The notes beneath the pieces were generated by a model. That model was not told the origin of the DNA, ran no database searches, and worked only from the letters and a program-made list of their open reading frames with translations. A stretch of 64,000 nucleotides of DNA from Lama glama. Lineage: Eukaryota. Each line of letters starts with the position of its first letter. Positions within the stretch are counted from its first letter, which is position 1. Positions 37,756 through 50,049 of this stretch are shown one piece after another. Position numbers and translations under genes: made by a program. The stretch lies in contig CM052816.1 in assembly GCA_028534125.1 (NCBI GenBank), positions 54,438,001-54,502,000 of the forward strand. Direction: 5' to 3'.

Positions 37756-40339
37756 CCTGCTCCTTTTAGAGATGAGAAATTGGAGGGGAGAAGCAACCAT
37801 CCTTGGCTGCCTTCATCTTCCTCTGCCGCTTACAGCTCTCTCTGGCCTCCAGATCCTGTGCGGACAGAGACAGAGAAAAATCCTGCAGACATATGCCCCT
37901 AAAGGCAGGGCTTGGGGAGGAACAGGAAGACCAGTTACATGTGGGCCAAGGCCGGAGGCCATCTGGTGTTTGAGGCAGGCAGGGTGGATAATCCAGGATC
38001 CCTCCCTCCCTCTTCCTGAGGGCTACCCTTACCACCAGGGCTTCCTCACCAACCACCTAACTCAACTAGCACAGCATGACAAGATGCTGGCTCTCTCAGC
38101 CCTCAGGCCACCCATGCAGGGCCTGGAGCAGACAGAGCCTTGTCCACCAGCTCCGGCCTCCCAGACAAAATCATCATTGTCTTCTATGTGCTGTGGTACA
38201 AAAGGGTGGGGACACAGTGCTTTACACTTCCTCCAGACAGCCTCCCCCAACTCCTTCCACTCCCCACCACGTCCCTGCTTCTTTTCCTCTTGTGCAATCC
38301 CTGCAGCCACGGAACACGTTCTGCTGTTGCAGAGATCAATGGGTGAGCCATGGCCTTTCCAACAGCCCGGATTCCCACAGTGTGAGTGACGGCATGTTGG
38401 GAACTTCCGGTGCCTGCCACATGAAAAGGTCTGAAATGTCCTTCTTTAACCAGAAAAGCCTGCTCAACAAAAGACAGATGGTGAAAATATCTCGGTGGCC
38501 ACTGTCTCTTAGAAAAAGCCATTCTGAGATAAAACTGAGTGTTTCCACTTGGAGACATAAAACTACGTATTGCAAAACGATGCTCCTCAGGCAGAAATGC
38601 CGTTCAATGGCTTGCTGGACAAAGAGGCTCATAGTAAACACTTTTGTCAGTATGATTTATCTCAGTCTTCCTCATATCATCCCACCACCAGCCAGGATAG
38701 GACCCAGAACTCTCTGAGCTTCTGAAGCACTCTTGGGTTACTAAGGGGATCTTTTGTGTAGTTTTTAGAACAGAGGGGATTTGATGAGGACTACATGAGG
38801 GACTGAATCTTCCTCTTCACATTGCATTCCACTGCAAGGAAGACGGCCTTGAATTTTTTTTTAAATGCTAAATAAATGGAACTAGAAAAAAGATCCTAAA
38901 AACTTAGAAAAATCTTTTGTTTTCCTATTATTTCATCAGCCATGGCCTCCTAACACACGTACAACAGTAAAGAACTCATGCAGTGGTAATGCATTTATTA
39001 GGCCACTTTCTTAGCAAAATGGCTCAACTGCTCTTAGTAATGCTCTCTCTCCATAGAGCTCACTTTGCAAAAAAAAAAAAAAGCAACAAAAACAAACAAA
39101 ACAAACCCCCCAAAACAAAGAAAACTAAATTGAAATTGCATCATTCTTCCAATGACAAATATTTGCTTTATCAATATCAAATTTATACTCCGTGCTCTAT
39201 TTCCTTGACTCTGTGTAACTGTGAAAACAATAAATTTTGTCTCAATGCCAAATCACAGTGTAAGCTTTTTGAAGTCATCCTAATCAGCAATTAAACTCAA
39301 GACATGTATTATCAACAATGCACGTATCTTGATTGAAAAGCTGAAAACATCAGAGGCTAAAACTTAGGAGATGCATTCACAGGCTATGACAAGTGCGTCA
39401 CAACCACTGCCCGGCCAACAGCAACTGATGAGGAGCTGCCCCACCAGCAGGCGTGGTCACAGTCCTGACTGGTGATCAATTTACAACACACTTGACTTTT
39501 CATCTAGCACTGCCCTTCCTTAGCTTCCTAGTCAGAAACAGGATTGGAAACAAGGAAGCACAGTTCATGCTGTCCCACAAGAAGGCCAGCAACCACCCAG
39601 GATGCAGAGTCTCGGCCTCCCTCTGCCACGTGGGGGATGCACACAGTTGCCAGGGGTGAAGTGTATGGTCCACCCCGACCCAGAGAAGCCTCTGCCTTGG
39701 TTTCCTGTTGGTGTCTACACTGCTCGTCTTGTAGGCCCAAGACCACAGGACAACTCCAAGCTCCCCAAGTCCCAGTGCAGTCCCAGGAATCTAGAGTTTC
39801 ACAATAATCAAGATAGGTAATCCATGCCAGGTATAGAGCAATCCACACTTACTTTAACTCCTTATGTTTCCAGGGAAAAGTTGCTGTGAGAAGGCCAGTT
39901 AATGGGAAAAGGCACCAGGCCTAACTCTGAGGTGCCACTGACCGCAAAACACACCCTGATTCCCGGCTCACTGAAATGGGCAAGGGTACACCTCAGAAAA
40001 ACTGAAACACTGCTTTCCTGTATCCCTTTAATTGCCAACCTGAGTTGCCTCAGCTGAAATGGAAATCATAATTTTAATGGCCTATTTAAGGATATAGTCT
40101 CCTGTGTTCCTTTTCAGCTTTGAAATTGAACTGTGAGCCTATGACTTTACGCTCCTGCACTGTTGGCATTTTAAAATGGCCACACAGTGACTATCATGCC
40201 AAGGCACACATGGAAGCCCTGAGAACTCCCGTAGCTGAGCCTCTGGGCTGTCAGCGCCCCTGGGGTGAGGTCCAGGGCAGGGCACACTGGGCCTGAAAGG
40301 GTCCATGAGCCTCTGAAGTTGCAAAGTAATAATAGCCCC

Positions 40340-40520
40340 CATTTTGACCCCCCCTAGTACATGCCAAGTGCTTTACATATATTATCTCATTTAATTGGCA
40401 CAAAAACCCTGTGCCTAAGTATTACTCTTCCCATTGTGCACATAAGGAAACACTGCTGGTAAGTGGCGGAGTTGGGATTGGAACCCAAGCAGCCTGCTCC
40501 AGGATTCCTGCTCTTAACCA
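40340..40520 (-). mobile_element. MIR SINE
   Basis: ccaagtgctttacatatattatctcatttaatt...gtaagtggcggagttgggattggaacccaagcagcctgctccagg. Confidence 0.7.
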
Positions 40521-40791
40521 CCAGAGATTGAATACCATCTCTCACCTATAGTCACTGGCTCATTTTAGATTCAGTGCCATTATAGAAGGTTACTTGATGC
40601 AAATAGTAATAATGGGCCCCTTTAAATAACAATCAGGGAATTAAAAAAAAAACCCAACACTTTCTAGTCAATGGGGGAGGGTGTGATGGGAAGAGACAGA
40701 GGATTCCACGATGTGGCTTCAGAAACATATTGTCCTCCTCAAATAAAAAGAGGGTGACTATTCCTCAGGAAGTGCCATCTGACCGAGGCAA

Positions 40792-41679
40792 TGTTATGGG
40801 CTGAATGGTGTCCCTCCAAATGCACAGGCTGAAGTCCCAGCCCCCAGTAACTCCCAACGAAACAGGATTTGGAGAGAGGGGCTTTAAAAAGGTAATTGCA
40901 TTAAATGAGGTCTTTTGAGAAGGTCCTAATCCAGTAGGGCTGTTGCCTTTATCAAAAGAGAGGAGACAGAGAGAAGACCCAGAGAAGAGAGAAGATGGCA
41001 AACGGGAGCAGAATGTGCCACTCCAAAATATGCCTCTTCAGCACTAGGATTATTCTGAGCTGATTATTTCTTTAAGAAACTGAAGATACAGGAGAAGCTC
41101 TGAAAACAGTAGAATTATCCTTCTGTAAAGCAAATTTACATTAGAAAGGCAGCCTGTATGAGGAAGAGAGCTATTAGCAGAGATCACTTATTCTCCGGGG
41201 AGACTTATCTGCAGGGCAGGACAATCTTACCCAAAGTTTCCTGCTCTCCCGTCCCCTACTTTGAATGGCCTTCCCCACTTTGAAGCCCCAGACCCCTATC
41301 CCTTTCCTTCCTTAGCTCAGGATGGTCTGTAAACTGCAATCACCTGGCCACCTTTGGAATCTCATTTCTTTGTGGGACTCCCAGAAGAGCATCTGTATAT
41401 GGATGTAATTAAAAAAAATTTTTTTTCCCCACTGTTCATCTGCTGGGGAGGAGGAGGGTCTCAGCTAAGAACCTAGAAGGATAGAGGGAAAACGATTTTT
41501 TCCTCCCTCCCCTACACTGGCCACGCACAAGCCAAGGAGGCAGGCCCTCGGAAAACACCAGCTCTGATGCCACCCTGATCTTGGGCTTCCAGTCTCCAGA
41601 ACTGTGAGAAAATAAATCTCTGTTGTTTAAGCCACCCAGTCTGTCACCCTTGTCATGGAAGCCCTAGCAAACTCCTACG
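40792..41679 (+). mobile_element. MLT1B-like MaLR LTR split by a nested LTR
   Basis: 5' part tgttatgggctgaatggtgtccctccaaa...gagaagatggc. 3' part tggccacgcacaagccaagg...cttccagtctccagaactgtgagaaaataaatctctgttgtttaagccacccagtc...gccctagcaaact. Confidence 0.85.
41000..41516 (+). mobile_element. ERV1-type solo LTR (MER34-like) nested in the MLT1 LTR
   Basis: cagaatgtgccactccaaaatatgcctcttcagcactaggattattctgagctga...tcccctaca; a short TGGC duplication lies on both sides. Confidence 0.65.
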
Positions 41680-41699
41680 CAATGCTCTGCATTTACCAT

Positions 41700-42080
41700 A
41701 CCCTTTCCTCTTTTTGGATACAGGAAAACAACAGGTCCCAGTCTCCATGCATTGGGGTGAGGTCCCTGTGACTAATTGTGAACAGAGGACTACAAACAAA
41801 AGAAATACGCTTCATTCCTGGCCCAAGGGACTTAAGAGTAGGCGTTAATCCTCTGTGGGTTCTCTCCCCTCCACGGCCATGGGCCACGGGAGACTACGTT
41901 TTCAAGGTGGTACAGTTACAAGATGGCACAACTTCCTTCACACTGGCTCCCTGAGTGACTGCGTGGAGCAGGGCGCTCTACTCACCCGCTTCAGACACAG
42001 AATGTGAGTGAGAAATAAGCTTTTTTTGTTTAAAGGCACTGAGATTTAATTTGTGACTACAGCAGAGCCAAGCCTTATCT
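41700..42080 (+). mobile_element. Old MaLR LTR (MLT1J-like)
   Basis: gctccctgagtgactgcgtggagcag...tgtgagtgagaaataagctttttt...ggcactgagattt...tgtgactacagcagagcc. Confidence 0.6.
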
Positions 42081-42869
42081 CACACACAAATCAACCTCAG
42101 AAAAGCCAGGGTAACAGAAATAGGTATTTCAGGAGCTTGTGTGCCATTAAGTGAACCCATATTAAATGTCTGTTTTTGTAGGTTAAAAAAAGAGGTCAAA
42201 TATGGACAATTTTATTTGTTCTTCTTCTAATTGTACATATTTGCAGAAAAGGCCTTGGAACCAACAAATCCTATCACCCCTAGTTTACAAATGATACCCC
42301 TGAGACCCATTCAGGTGTCCTGACTGACCAAAAGCCCAAAAACATGTTCACAGAAGAACTGGGCCTGACACTAGAAATTACATTTCCTTTTGTGAAGGAA
42401 GGCAGATTGGTAGCATCTATTAAAAAGTACATATTAAATAATAACCATGCTCTTTCTTATAACAATTCCACCCCTAGAAATTAATCTACCAGGTGTGCAG
42501 AAGTACATAAATAAGAGGACCCACTATGCTAGCCCTGTATGTGATGGTAAAAATTTAGAAATAATCCAAATGCCCTCTCACAAGGAGCTGGTTTAACAAA
42601 TGCTTCATCCATCTGCACTCAAATCTATATACTGTCATTAAAAAGAAAGGGGTCAATTTCTCTGCTCATATTAAAAGATGCCCAAATCAGATTAATTAAA
42701 GCAAGAAAGAATACCTAGAAAAAGAAAACAAAAATACCACTCATCAGAGATTAATATCCATCCACAGAGGTACATGAAGTACCCAACACTTAAGGGTCAC
42801 TTTGAGCCCTCCCCATCGCCTCCATCCTGTATATCACTTGGTTCATTGTAAGTGAACCCAAGTAGCTGG

Positions 42870-43055
42870 TCTAGAACTACCACCTACCAGCTGGGTGATC
42901 TCAGGCAAGAAGCTTCAGTTCCCCCACCTGTAAAGCTGAAACAAGTTATAGTACTTGCTTCAGAAGTTGTTGACAGGAGTCCATGAGACTATGTACACAG
43001 AGTACTTAGAACAACTCTCGGCACAGAGTAAGTGCTTTTTAGATATTCACCATTA
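42870..43055 (+). mobile_element. MIR SINE
   Basis: ccacctaccagctgggtgatctcaggcaag...cttcagttccccacctgtaaa...gtacttagaacaactctcggcacagagtaagtgct. Confidence 0.7.
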
Positions 43056-44089
43056 TAGTAATGACGGTGATACTCATCTCTGGAACCTGAAGAAATAAGG
43101 TTTCTTTAGTTTGTATCATATTTACTTCTCCTTTTTTAATCTCTTTTAAGATATTATCTTGTCAGGAAACATAATAAATCATCCTGCTTATTTCTCTTCC
43201 TGAAATGAAATTAAAGGGCAACACTTTTTAAAGCAGTGCTTACCCCAATAAACTCTAGCAATGTCAGGCATTCCAATACTTCATGGAGCTTCTAAAGACA
43301 ATTTCATTATTTCATTACCAAACTGATAAACTGCTTTTCTGAGACTTTAATATTAACAGAGTCATTCCCAGGTAAACAAATTGCTTATCAGGTATAACCC
43401 AAGGTGTCTCCATGACATATGTGGTGCACTCAGCCCTCTGCTACTGGGGGATCAATCTGAGCCTTCTCCTCCACTCATTTTGCTAACAGAGTGGTTATGG
43501 CAAAGGTCTTTCAAAGGCACAAAAAGAACCTTTTACATAACCACAGTCTACCTTAAACAGGATTTTCTATTTGAGGGCCTTCTGAGGGCATTCTAAGTAT
43601 TAACTCAACCAGCTAGGCGTATTTCCACAGACATTGAGCCTGAAAGATCTGTGCAGCGCTAGAAACAGACTGGAATTAAAATAGAGTTCACCCACAGTTC
43701 TGATCCAGTGTTTCCTTGGCCCATGGATGCTCTGCGGAACCAAGTACCATTTAGACTGCCAAGAACCAGTGAGCATGGATAGGCTATGTAAGCTGGCAAA
43801 TTACTGCTACAGAGGTGCCCAGAATTAAAGGATCTTTTTGAGTCTTTTGTGGCAGCCCAGACAGGTTGTGTGGCTTGCCCAAAGTTTCACAGCTGGTCAG
43901 TGGTACAGCTAGCTAGGTCTGAAACCCAGGTACTGGCTCCCCAGTAGCCATGATCCTGTAACTGCTGGCAAATCATCATTCTTCCCTTCTTGCTTCTTGG
44001 AAAACCAAGCAAAGTGAAAACAGCTCACTCAAGGTCAGAGGGGCGGTCAAGCAGAACTGGCAATGCCAGCCAGCAGATTATAAAATCCT

Positions 44090-45800
44090 AGAGGTCGGGT
44101 CCTCCGCGCCTCACCTACCCCGCAAGCCCTGTGTAAATGATTTTGTTGATTGTCTCCCAACACACAAGTTTAGAGGAAGTTTCTCTTCTAGATTGGCACT
44201 ATGTGTTTAACTTCAGGTTCTACACACACGAGTCTGTTATTATCAGAGCAGGCACGCCCCCCAGTGCCCCGACCTGGCGGCTGGCAAAGGTTGAGGGGAG
44301 AGATACCCACCGCTCTACCGAGGCGGTCTTGCAGCCCTAGCTACTCCAAGCTCGCCCACAGCAACTGTCAGCGACGTTTTTCTGGGGTTGGCAACCTGGC
44401 GGCGGTTAACTGGTGTCCGACTGAGCCGGAAGCAGATGGTTGGTCACTAGTCTTGAGGGTACAGCTGAATACATCTAGCTAAGGCTTTATAAAGACTGGT
44501 GCACGCCTCGCCCACCGCAACAGTCCAGGGACCGCGTCTACTTGATCCTGGCAACTAAGGGCACTTCAGGTGACATTGAGACGCCCACCAGGTCGCCCCC
44601 AAGTTCGGAGAGGCAGCTCGCCTACGAGCTTCCGCGTTGGATGAAACGCCTTCCCCTGCACCGCAGACCGTTCTCACCTGCACTTTCCTACGTCCCACAG
44701 CGTGAGCACCTTCTCTGCACCCATGTTGCATCTCCCCCACAGGAAGCGGGTGCTATATGGCTCACGCTCCGTCTGGGTGCCCAGCGAGAGCAGTCTCGGG
44801 AGCTGCGCGCGCGTGTGTAAGTGGGTCCTCCGGATCGCGAAGTCCTGGGCGCCAAAGCGAGGGCACCCAGGCTTCCTGGGCCCAGATGCCCCTCCACCCA
44901 TGCCCCAGGGCTGGGGCTGGCTGTGGTTCACTTCCCGGGAATGCAGGCAGCTACGCAGCCACTGGAAGCAGGAGGAGCAAGGCAGGGGCACCGCGATGGC
45001 ACGGAGACAGCGTGGGAAACTAGGGGCGCAACAGGAGTCACTGCAGCTGGTCCCAGGTAGCACCAAGGCGGGTGACGCTGGACAAAGTACCAGCCAGACG
45101 CGGACCACGCTGTTGGTGGGCAATTGTATTATTTGGAATTATAAACCGGACGGTTACAGCAGACACTTGAAGTGTTCCCCTCCTGGGAAGGAAGAAGGGA
45201 GTTGGGCACCAGGACATGCAAAGGCTGGGGGTGGGGGGGGGGCAAAAAGCCCCTCCCTAACTGCAAGGTGTCTGAAAGGGGTATGGGGACAGCTCTGAGT
45301 GCGGAGCTAGGAGGGGGCGGGGCGCGGGACGTGGGTCCCCACACGCGGGGCTCACCTGGAGGGCGCTCGGCGGGTCCATGCCGGTGGCAGGCGGCTTCTG
45401 GGCGCCTCGTCGATTCCCGTAGCCCGCGCCGCAGCCCCGCACAGAGGGCACAGGGCAGCCGTGCCCCGCGCCCCGCGCCCCGGGCCTCGCGCCCGCGCGC
45501 AGGGGCTGGTCGTTCCGAGGGACTCTGGCCGTAAGCCTGAGCCTCTTTGCGCCTTCACTCCCCAGGCACCTCCCGAGGCCGGCGAGTGCCTGGGTCCTAG
45601 CGCCCCTCGCAGAGTGTGAGCCCCGACTTTGAGCCCGCTTAGCGCCACCCGCCCCAGCCACTTCGATCCGGATCCCGGCAGTGCCTCTCCCGCGGCTAGC
45701 TCGAGGGAAGTCCAGTCTCGCCTGTGATGCCCAACCTGGCGCTTCTTGGGACTCCTCCTCACCATGCCTACCCTTTTCCACTCTCTTCTCCGTGCGCCTC
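44090..45800. promoter_or_regulatory. Second CpG island, probable upstream alternative promoter of PDE8B
   Basis: Dense CpG and GC sequence with a GGGGGCGGGGCG GC box at ~45313-45324 and minus-strand consensus donors CAG|GTGAG (GT at 45355 and 44677). Confidence 0.8.
45356..45379 (-). CDS. Candidate coding part of an alternative PDE8B first exon (MDPPSALQ)
   Basis: gccaccggcATGGACCCGCCGAGCGCCCTCCAG|GTGAGC: strong Kozak, 8 codons, consensus donor, phase 0 like exon 1, within a CpG island on the PDE8B strand. Confidence 0.5.
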
Positions 45801-46637
45801 TAACCACCCCCACCAAAACACTGAAGGATCGGATCTGCCTCATTCCTCAACTCAAATTCGTATACACTATTATTTTAAAGAGATCCTAAAGTCAAAGACA
45901 CTAGTCATTATAAATGGACAGATAGACACACACACACACACATACATACATACATTCCGTTCTTCCCCAAAGTTAAAGGAGCACTTTTGTGTTCAAATGA
46001 ATTTGTAAACAACACCTGATTAGGTGTATGTTGCAGGGAGGGGTGGGCCGGTGAGGGGTTATTGTTCCTCAGCTTTAACTGTGGGGATAATTTACTAAAG
46101 TGAGTCAAACATGAATCGAGCCAAAGGTACAGCTACCCTTACCACCCCTTCCTAATCTGTTTAGGCAGCTGGAATCAAAGGCCTGAGCAGATACTATGAA
46201 GCTTTCAGACACTTTGAAAAAGTAAAGAATCAGACCTAATTAAATGCTTCAGCTATAAATAAAAGCCATCTAGCTGGTGGTTATTATCATGGCTGCCCCA
46301 TACCTGGCTCCTTTGGGGTGACGAGATTTCTAACAGAGACCCACGGAGCATTTGCAAAGTCCTTTCCCCTCTCAGCTGCCCACAGGGCTGAGTCAGTCTA
46401 GCCAAAACCAAGATCAACAACAGCAATCTTTTCCTGCTGACTTTCTCATCCAGACAGGCTGATGAGATTCCTAATGGCAGAAAAGGAAAACAAGTCATTT
46501 TTAGAAGTAAAACCTAGTACATAGGACACAGAGAGAGACAAAGAGAAAACTATTATATCGGTGTTGGCCATAATCTATAGAGGCAACCAATTCTGAAGAG
46601 CTGAAAGCCTTCTACCTCAAAAGCGCTCCTCTCTGCA

Positions 46638-47147
46638 TGCGCAGACTCTAAGATGGCCTCCAGCAGTTCCCCCACCTCCTGGTGCTCATGCCTTTGCGGA
46701 TCCCCTTCCCTTGGATGTGGGGGAAACTGTGACTTGCTTCCTATCCATAAAGCAATGCCAAGGTGATGGGGATGTCACTTCAGTGATCATGTTATATAGT
46801 CTTGCTAGGAGACTCTCTCTTGCTGACTTTGATAAAGCAAACAGCCATGTTGGGGAGGTCCATGCGTCAAGGAGCCCAGGGGGCCTCTGGCCTAGAGCCA
46901 GTAAGAAACTGAGGCCCTCAGTCCAACAAACTGAAAAGAATTAAGTCCTGCCAACAACCAGGAGAGCTTGAGAGTGAACCCTTCCCTAGTTGAGGCTTGA
47001 GATGAGACTGTAGACCCAGCAAACTCAGAGGACCTGGTAAAGCTACTGTCAACTTCTGACCCACAGTAACTGTGAGATAATAAATGTGTGTTGTTTAAGA
47101 CACTGCATTTGTGGTAATGTGTTATGCACAATAGCAAATCTAATACA
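46638..47147 (+). mobile_element. MaLR LTR (MLT1F-like)
   Basis: gcagactctaagatggcctcc...ctgtgacttgcttcc...ggtgatggggatgtcacttc...gccagtaagaaactgaggccctcagtccaaca...ctgtgagataataaatgtgtgttgtttaag...caatagcaaatctaataca. Confidence 0.85.
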
Positions 47148-47514
47148 CTTCCTCCTGCCACAGATGGAAAAGTGAGGCAAAGGAGACAAGGTAGAAGGGT
47201 TAAGGTCATTGAAACTAGCAGCATAATCTATCATTATTTCACAATCATAGCCTTTTAAGGCCCTGTATAGACAAGGAAAAGCACAACAGCAAAGGCATCA
47301 GGAGGTGAAAGATCAAGTTCAGGTTGAGATTTGGCAGGGGGGGAAAGCAACACAACTTTAAGAAAGTCTGAGGCAAAAATAACCCAGCAGGTAAAAGGCC
47401 AGCATGAACGACTCAGGGTAAATCAACCCAAGCAAAAAATACAAATATTTTCAGAAAGAAAAGGAAAGGACAAGGAAAACAAGAAAGAGAAAAACAATGA
47501 CAAAGAGACAATGG

Positions 47515-47640
47515 AGGGGGAGGGTGCAGCTCAGAGATAGAGCACATGCTGAGCATGCACGAGGTCATGGGTTTGACCCCCAGTACCTTCATTAAAGAAA
47601 AAATAGTAATGATAATAGGTAAATAAATATTACCCCCCCA
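47515..47640 (+). mobile_element. Camelid-type tRNA-derived SINE (vic-1-like)
   Basis: gggggagggtgcagctcagagatagagcacatgctgagcatgcacgaggtcatgggtttgacccccagtacc. TSD-like flanks aagagacaatgg / aagggacaatga. Confidence 0.85.
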
Positions 47641-49202
47641 AGGGACAATGAGGAAAGACAAAGGCACCGAATTCTTTGAATCCCTTTCTAATTGTCTATA
47701 GAAGAAAAACAAAAGCCATATTATTCATCCCTGTAAGTGAGGGGATTTTCAGAAGAGCTGTTCAAGAAGTCCTAGGAGTTCCCCTGTGCACGGTACACTC
47801 TTGTGTCAGCCAGCAGGTTGTCCGCTGTTCCCGAGATTTTGCCTGAACACAGACAGTGTCTCAAATCTATTAGCCAGAGTTCTAAGGGTTCACATTTCTT
47901 TGCTAGATTTTTGGTATCTTTGGATGCCAAGTGTCTAAAAGTTTTCTATTCCACCCCTGCTCCAATACAGCAAAATAGAGCCCAATACTTATCTACTTCA
48001 TCCTGCTGTGTACCTCGAAGGGGATTATGGAGTGATGTATGCTGAAGCAAGAGGAAGGAAACACAGAAGGAAGAGAGGAAAAGACAAAAGGAGAGAAAAG
48101 AAACCAAAGGCACAGAGTTCCCAGTCTAGGTGGGGAGTGGCTGGGAGGTCTCAAACAGCACCACGAAGCCCTGCTCTCACTCTTCCCATCGCCCACTGGG
48201 CACTTCTCTGTGAGTCCCACCAATATTTCACAAAGTTTCTGACCCAGGAAGAATCATCTCCCCACCAAATCTGATTCCTGGTAGTTAAGCCACTAACTCT
48301 CCCAGTGCAAACCACTGCCACCTGGCTTTCCTTCTTCCTCGCTCTCCAGGCCAACCAGCCACTTCTTCCACTGTAGGGTCACTGGTCTGTCCCACCCTTT
48401 GCATCCCTTTCAGCAGGAGTGAAACAGTGCCTCTCTCTCCTCCTGGACTAAGCCAGGTGAGTAGCAACAGCCAACACGGTATGATTTGTTGGAGTTCAGC
48501 CTGCTCCCTGCTCATGCCCGTAATGTCTCCTCCACCCAGATTTTATAGGACTTGTAATTTCCTCAAAAGTGTTTTTTTTTTCCTGATTGACTCTGTATTG
48601 CTCTATGCTAAAGTTTAAAACTGTAATATTTCTATTTGTGGTGACTCTTTGTGCCTGTGACACCTTCACAAGACTGTTTATCCGACACTCCTTCTCTGAA
48701 GGGCAGCTTAATGCACTGCTAACTCAGGAAGAGTCGGCCCTTCTGGGGTGAGAGCAAATGGGCAGCAAAGACCAGCTGTACCCATCTCACAGCTCTGTCT
48801 ATGGCCCTATATGTCTAGCTGTTTGGAATACGAGCGGGAGTACGGTCGCTTCTGGTGGGTTGTGTGGCTGTTGGCTTTTGGTGGCCCCAGACGCGTAACA
48901 GAATCGATCTGTTTCAGGTCTATAACTCAACAAGTAGAGGTATAGGGGAGGAAGAAAGCAGTTCTCTTGCAGGGAATAAACAGAAGCCTGACCACTCAGG
49001 GCTGGAAGAGCAGCTGTTATGTACTGATAACAAGACATTGGTTCTACTGATGAGGTTAAAACAAGTGGCGCACACCATTTCAGTTCCTTTGAACATACCA
49101 TTGGTCACTCTTCTCTGACGATAGAAGATGATGGTGCTGATAAGCTGGTGCGTGCATGACTGACACAGTATGAAACACCAGTACAATCAAGTGCTATCAA
49201 TC

Positions 49203-49331
49203 TTTTTTTTTTTTTGGAAGGGTTATTTAGGTTTATTTATTTATTTTAATGAAGGTACTAGGAATTGAACTCAGGACCTCCTGCATGCTGAATGTGCGCT
49301 CTACCACCGAACTGTCCCGCCCCCTGCCCCC
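49203..49331 (-). mobile_element. Camelid-type tRNA-derived SINE (vic-1-like)
   Basis: polyT...ggttatttaggtttatttattt...ggtactaggaattgaactcaggacctcctgcatgctgaatgtgcgctctaccaccgaact. TSD aagtgctatcaatcttt / aagtgctaatagtcttt. Confidence 0.88.
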
Positions 49332-50049
49332 TAAGTGCTAATAGTCTTTGATAATTTCTAGAGAAGTTAAGTCCATGGTTTGCTTCCCATGGCCATATGT
49401 GCATTAAACTCTCTTTGTAAGGCCTCCACCCAGTTGGTATAACATTATCCCATTATCACCATCCCTATCCTGAACCAAGGGAATACATAAACAGTAACAT
49501 TACTGACCTGACAATAGAAGAACAGACTCTGAGAGGCCCCTTGGTGTCGGCTGTGGCCCCTTCACTCTAAATATGTGGGTAGAATCAGGATCCTAGCCCC
49601 AATCTTCTCTCATCATATTGAAAGCTCAGCCTGAAGCCAGCAAAGTTACTCTGAGGAAACCTGACACACCTCCTACAAAATTCTAGACCAGACACTCTCC
49701 ACCCCGTATCCCTGTCCTTGGGAGGGCTCAAGTCAAAAAGAGAGAGGAACAGAAAGTTTTGAGTAATCCTGCAGTTGTCACAAGGATGAGCATTAGCCCT
49801 GTGGCCTGGGGGTACAGATTTGCAAAGCTTAAATGTGGGCTAGGAAGTTTAGCATTATCAATAAAGTCTCTCTCCTTATAATTCATCAACCAGGAGGCCA
49901 TAAGCATAAGCTTGCACTTGAATCTGAGGAGAGGCCACTGTGTCAAGTTGCTGCTGCATATTCCTTTAACTGTGTTTGAGAGCCGAGCCCCTCCTCCACT
50001 CTTCATTAATAATTACACCCACTATCTATATAAAATAGACTGTAAACAA

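Noticed and set aside
37766..38717. Overlapping 205- and 213-aa ORFs after the second gap
   Set aside because: No recognisable domain or exon structure; similar ORFs occur in several frames on both strands.
44500..45850. Multiple overlapping 60-200 aa ORFs in the second CpG island
   Set aside because: A composition artefact with no recognisable homology; only the short ATG-donor candidates were kept.
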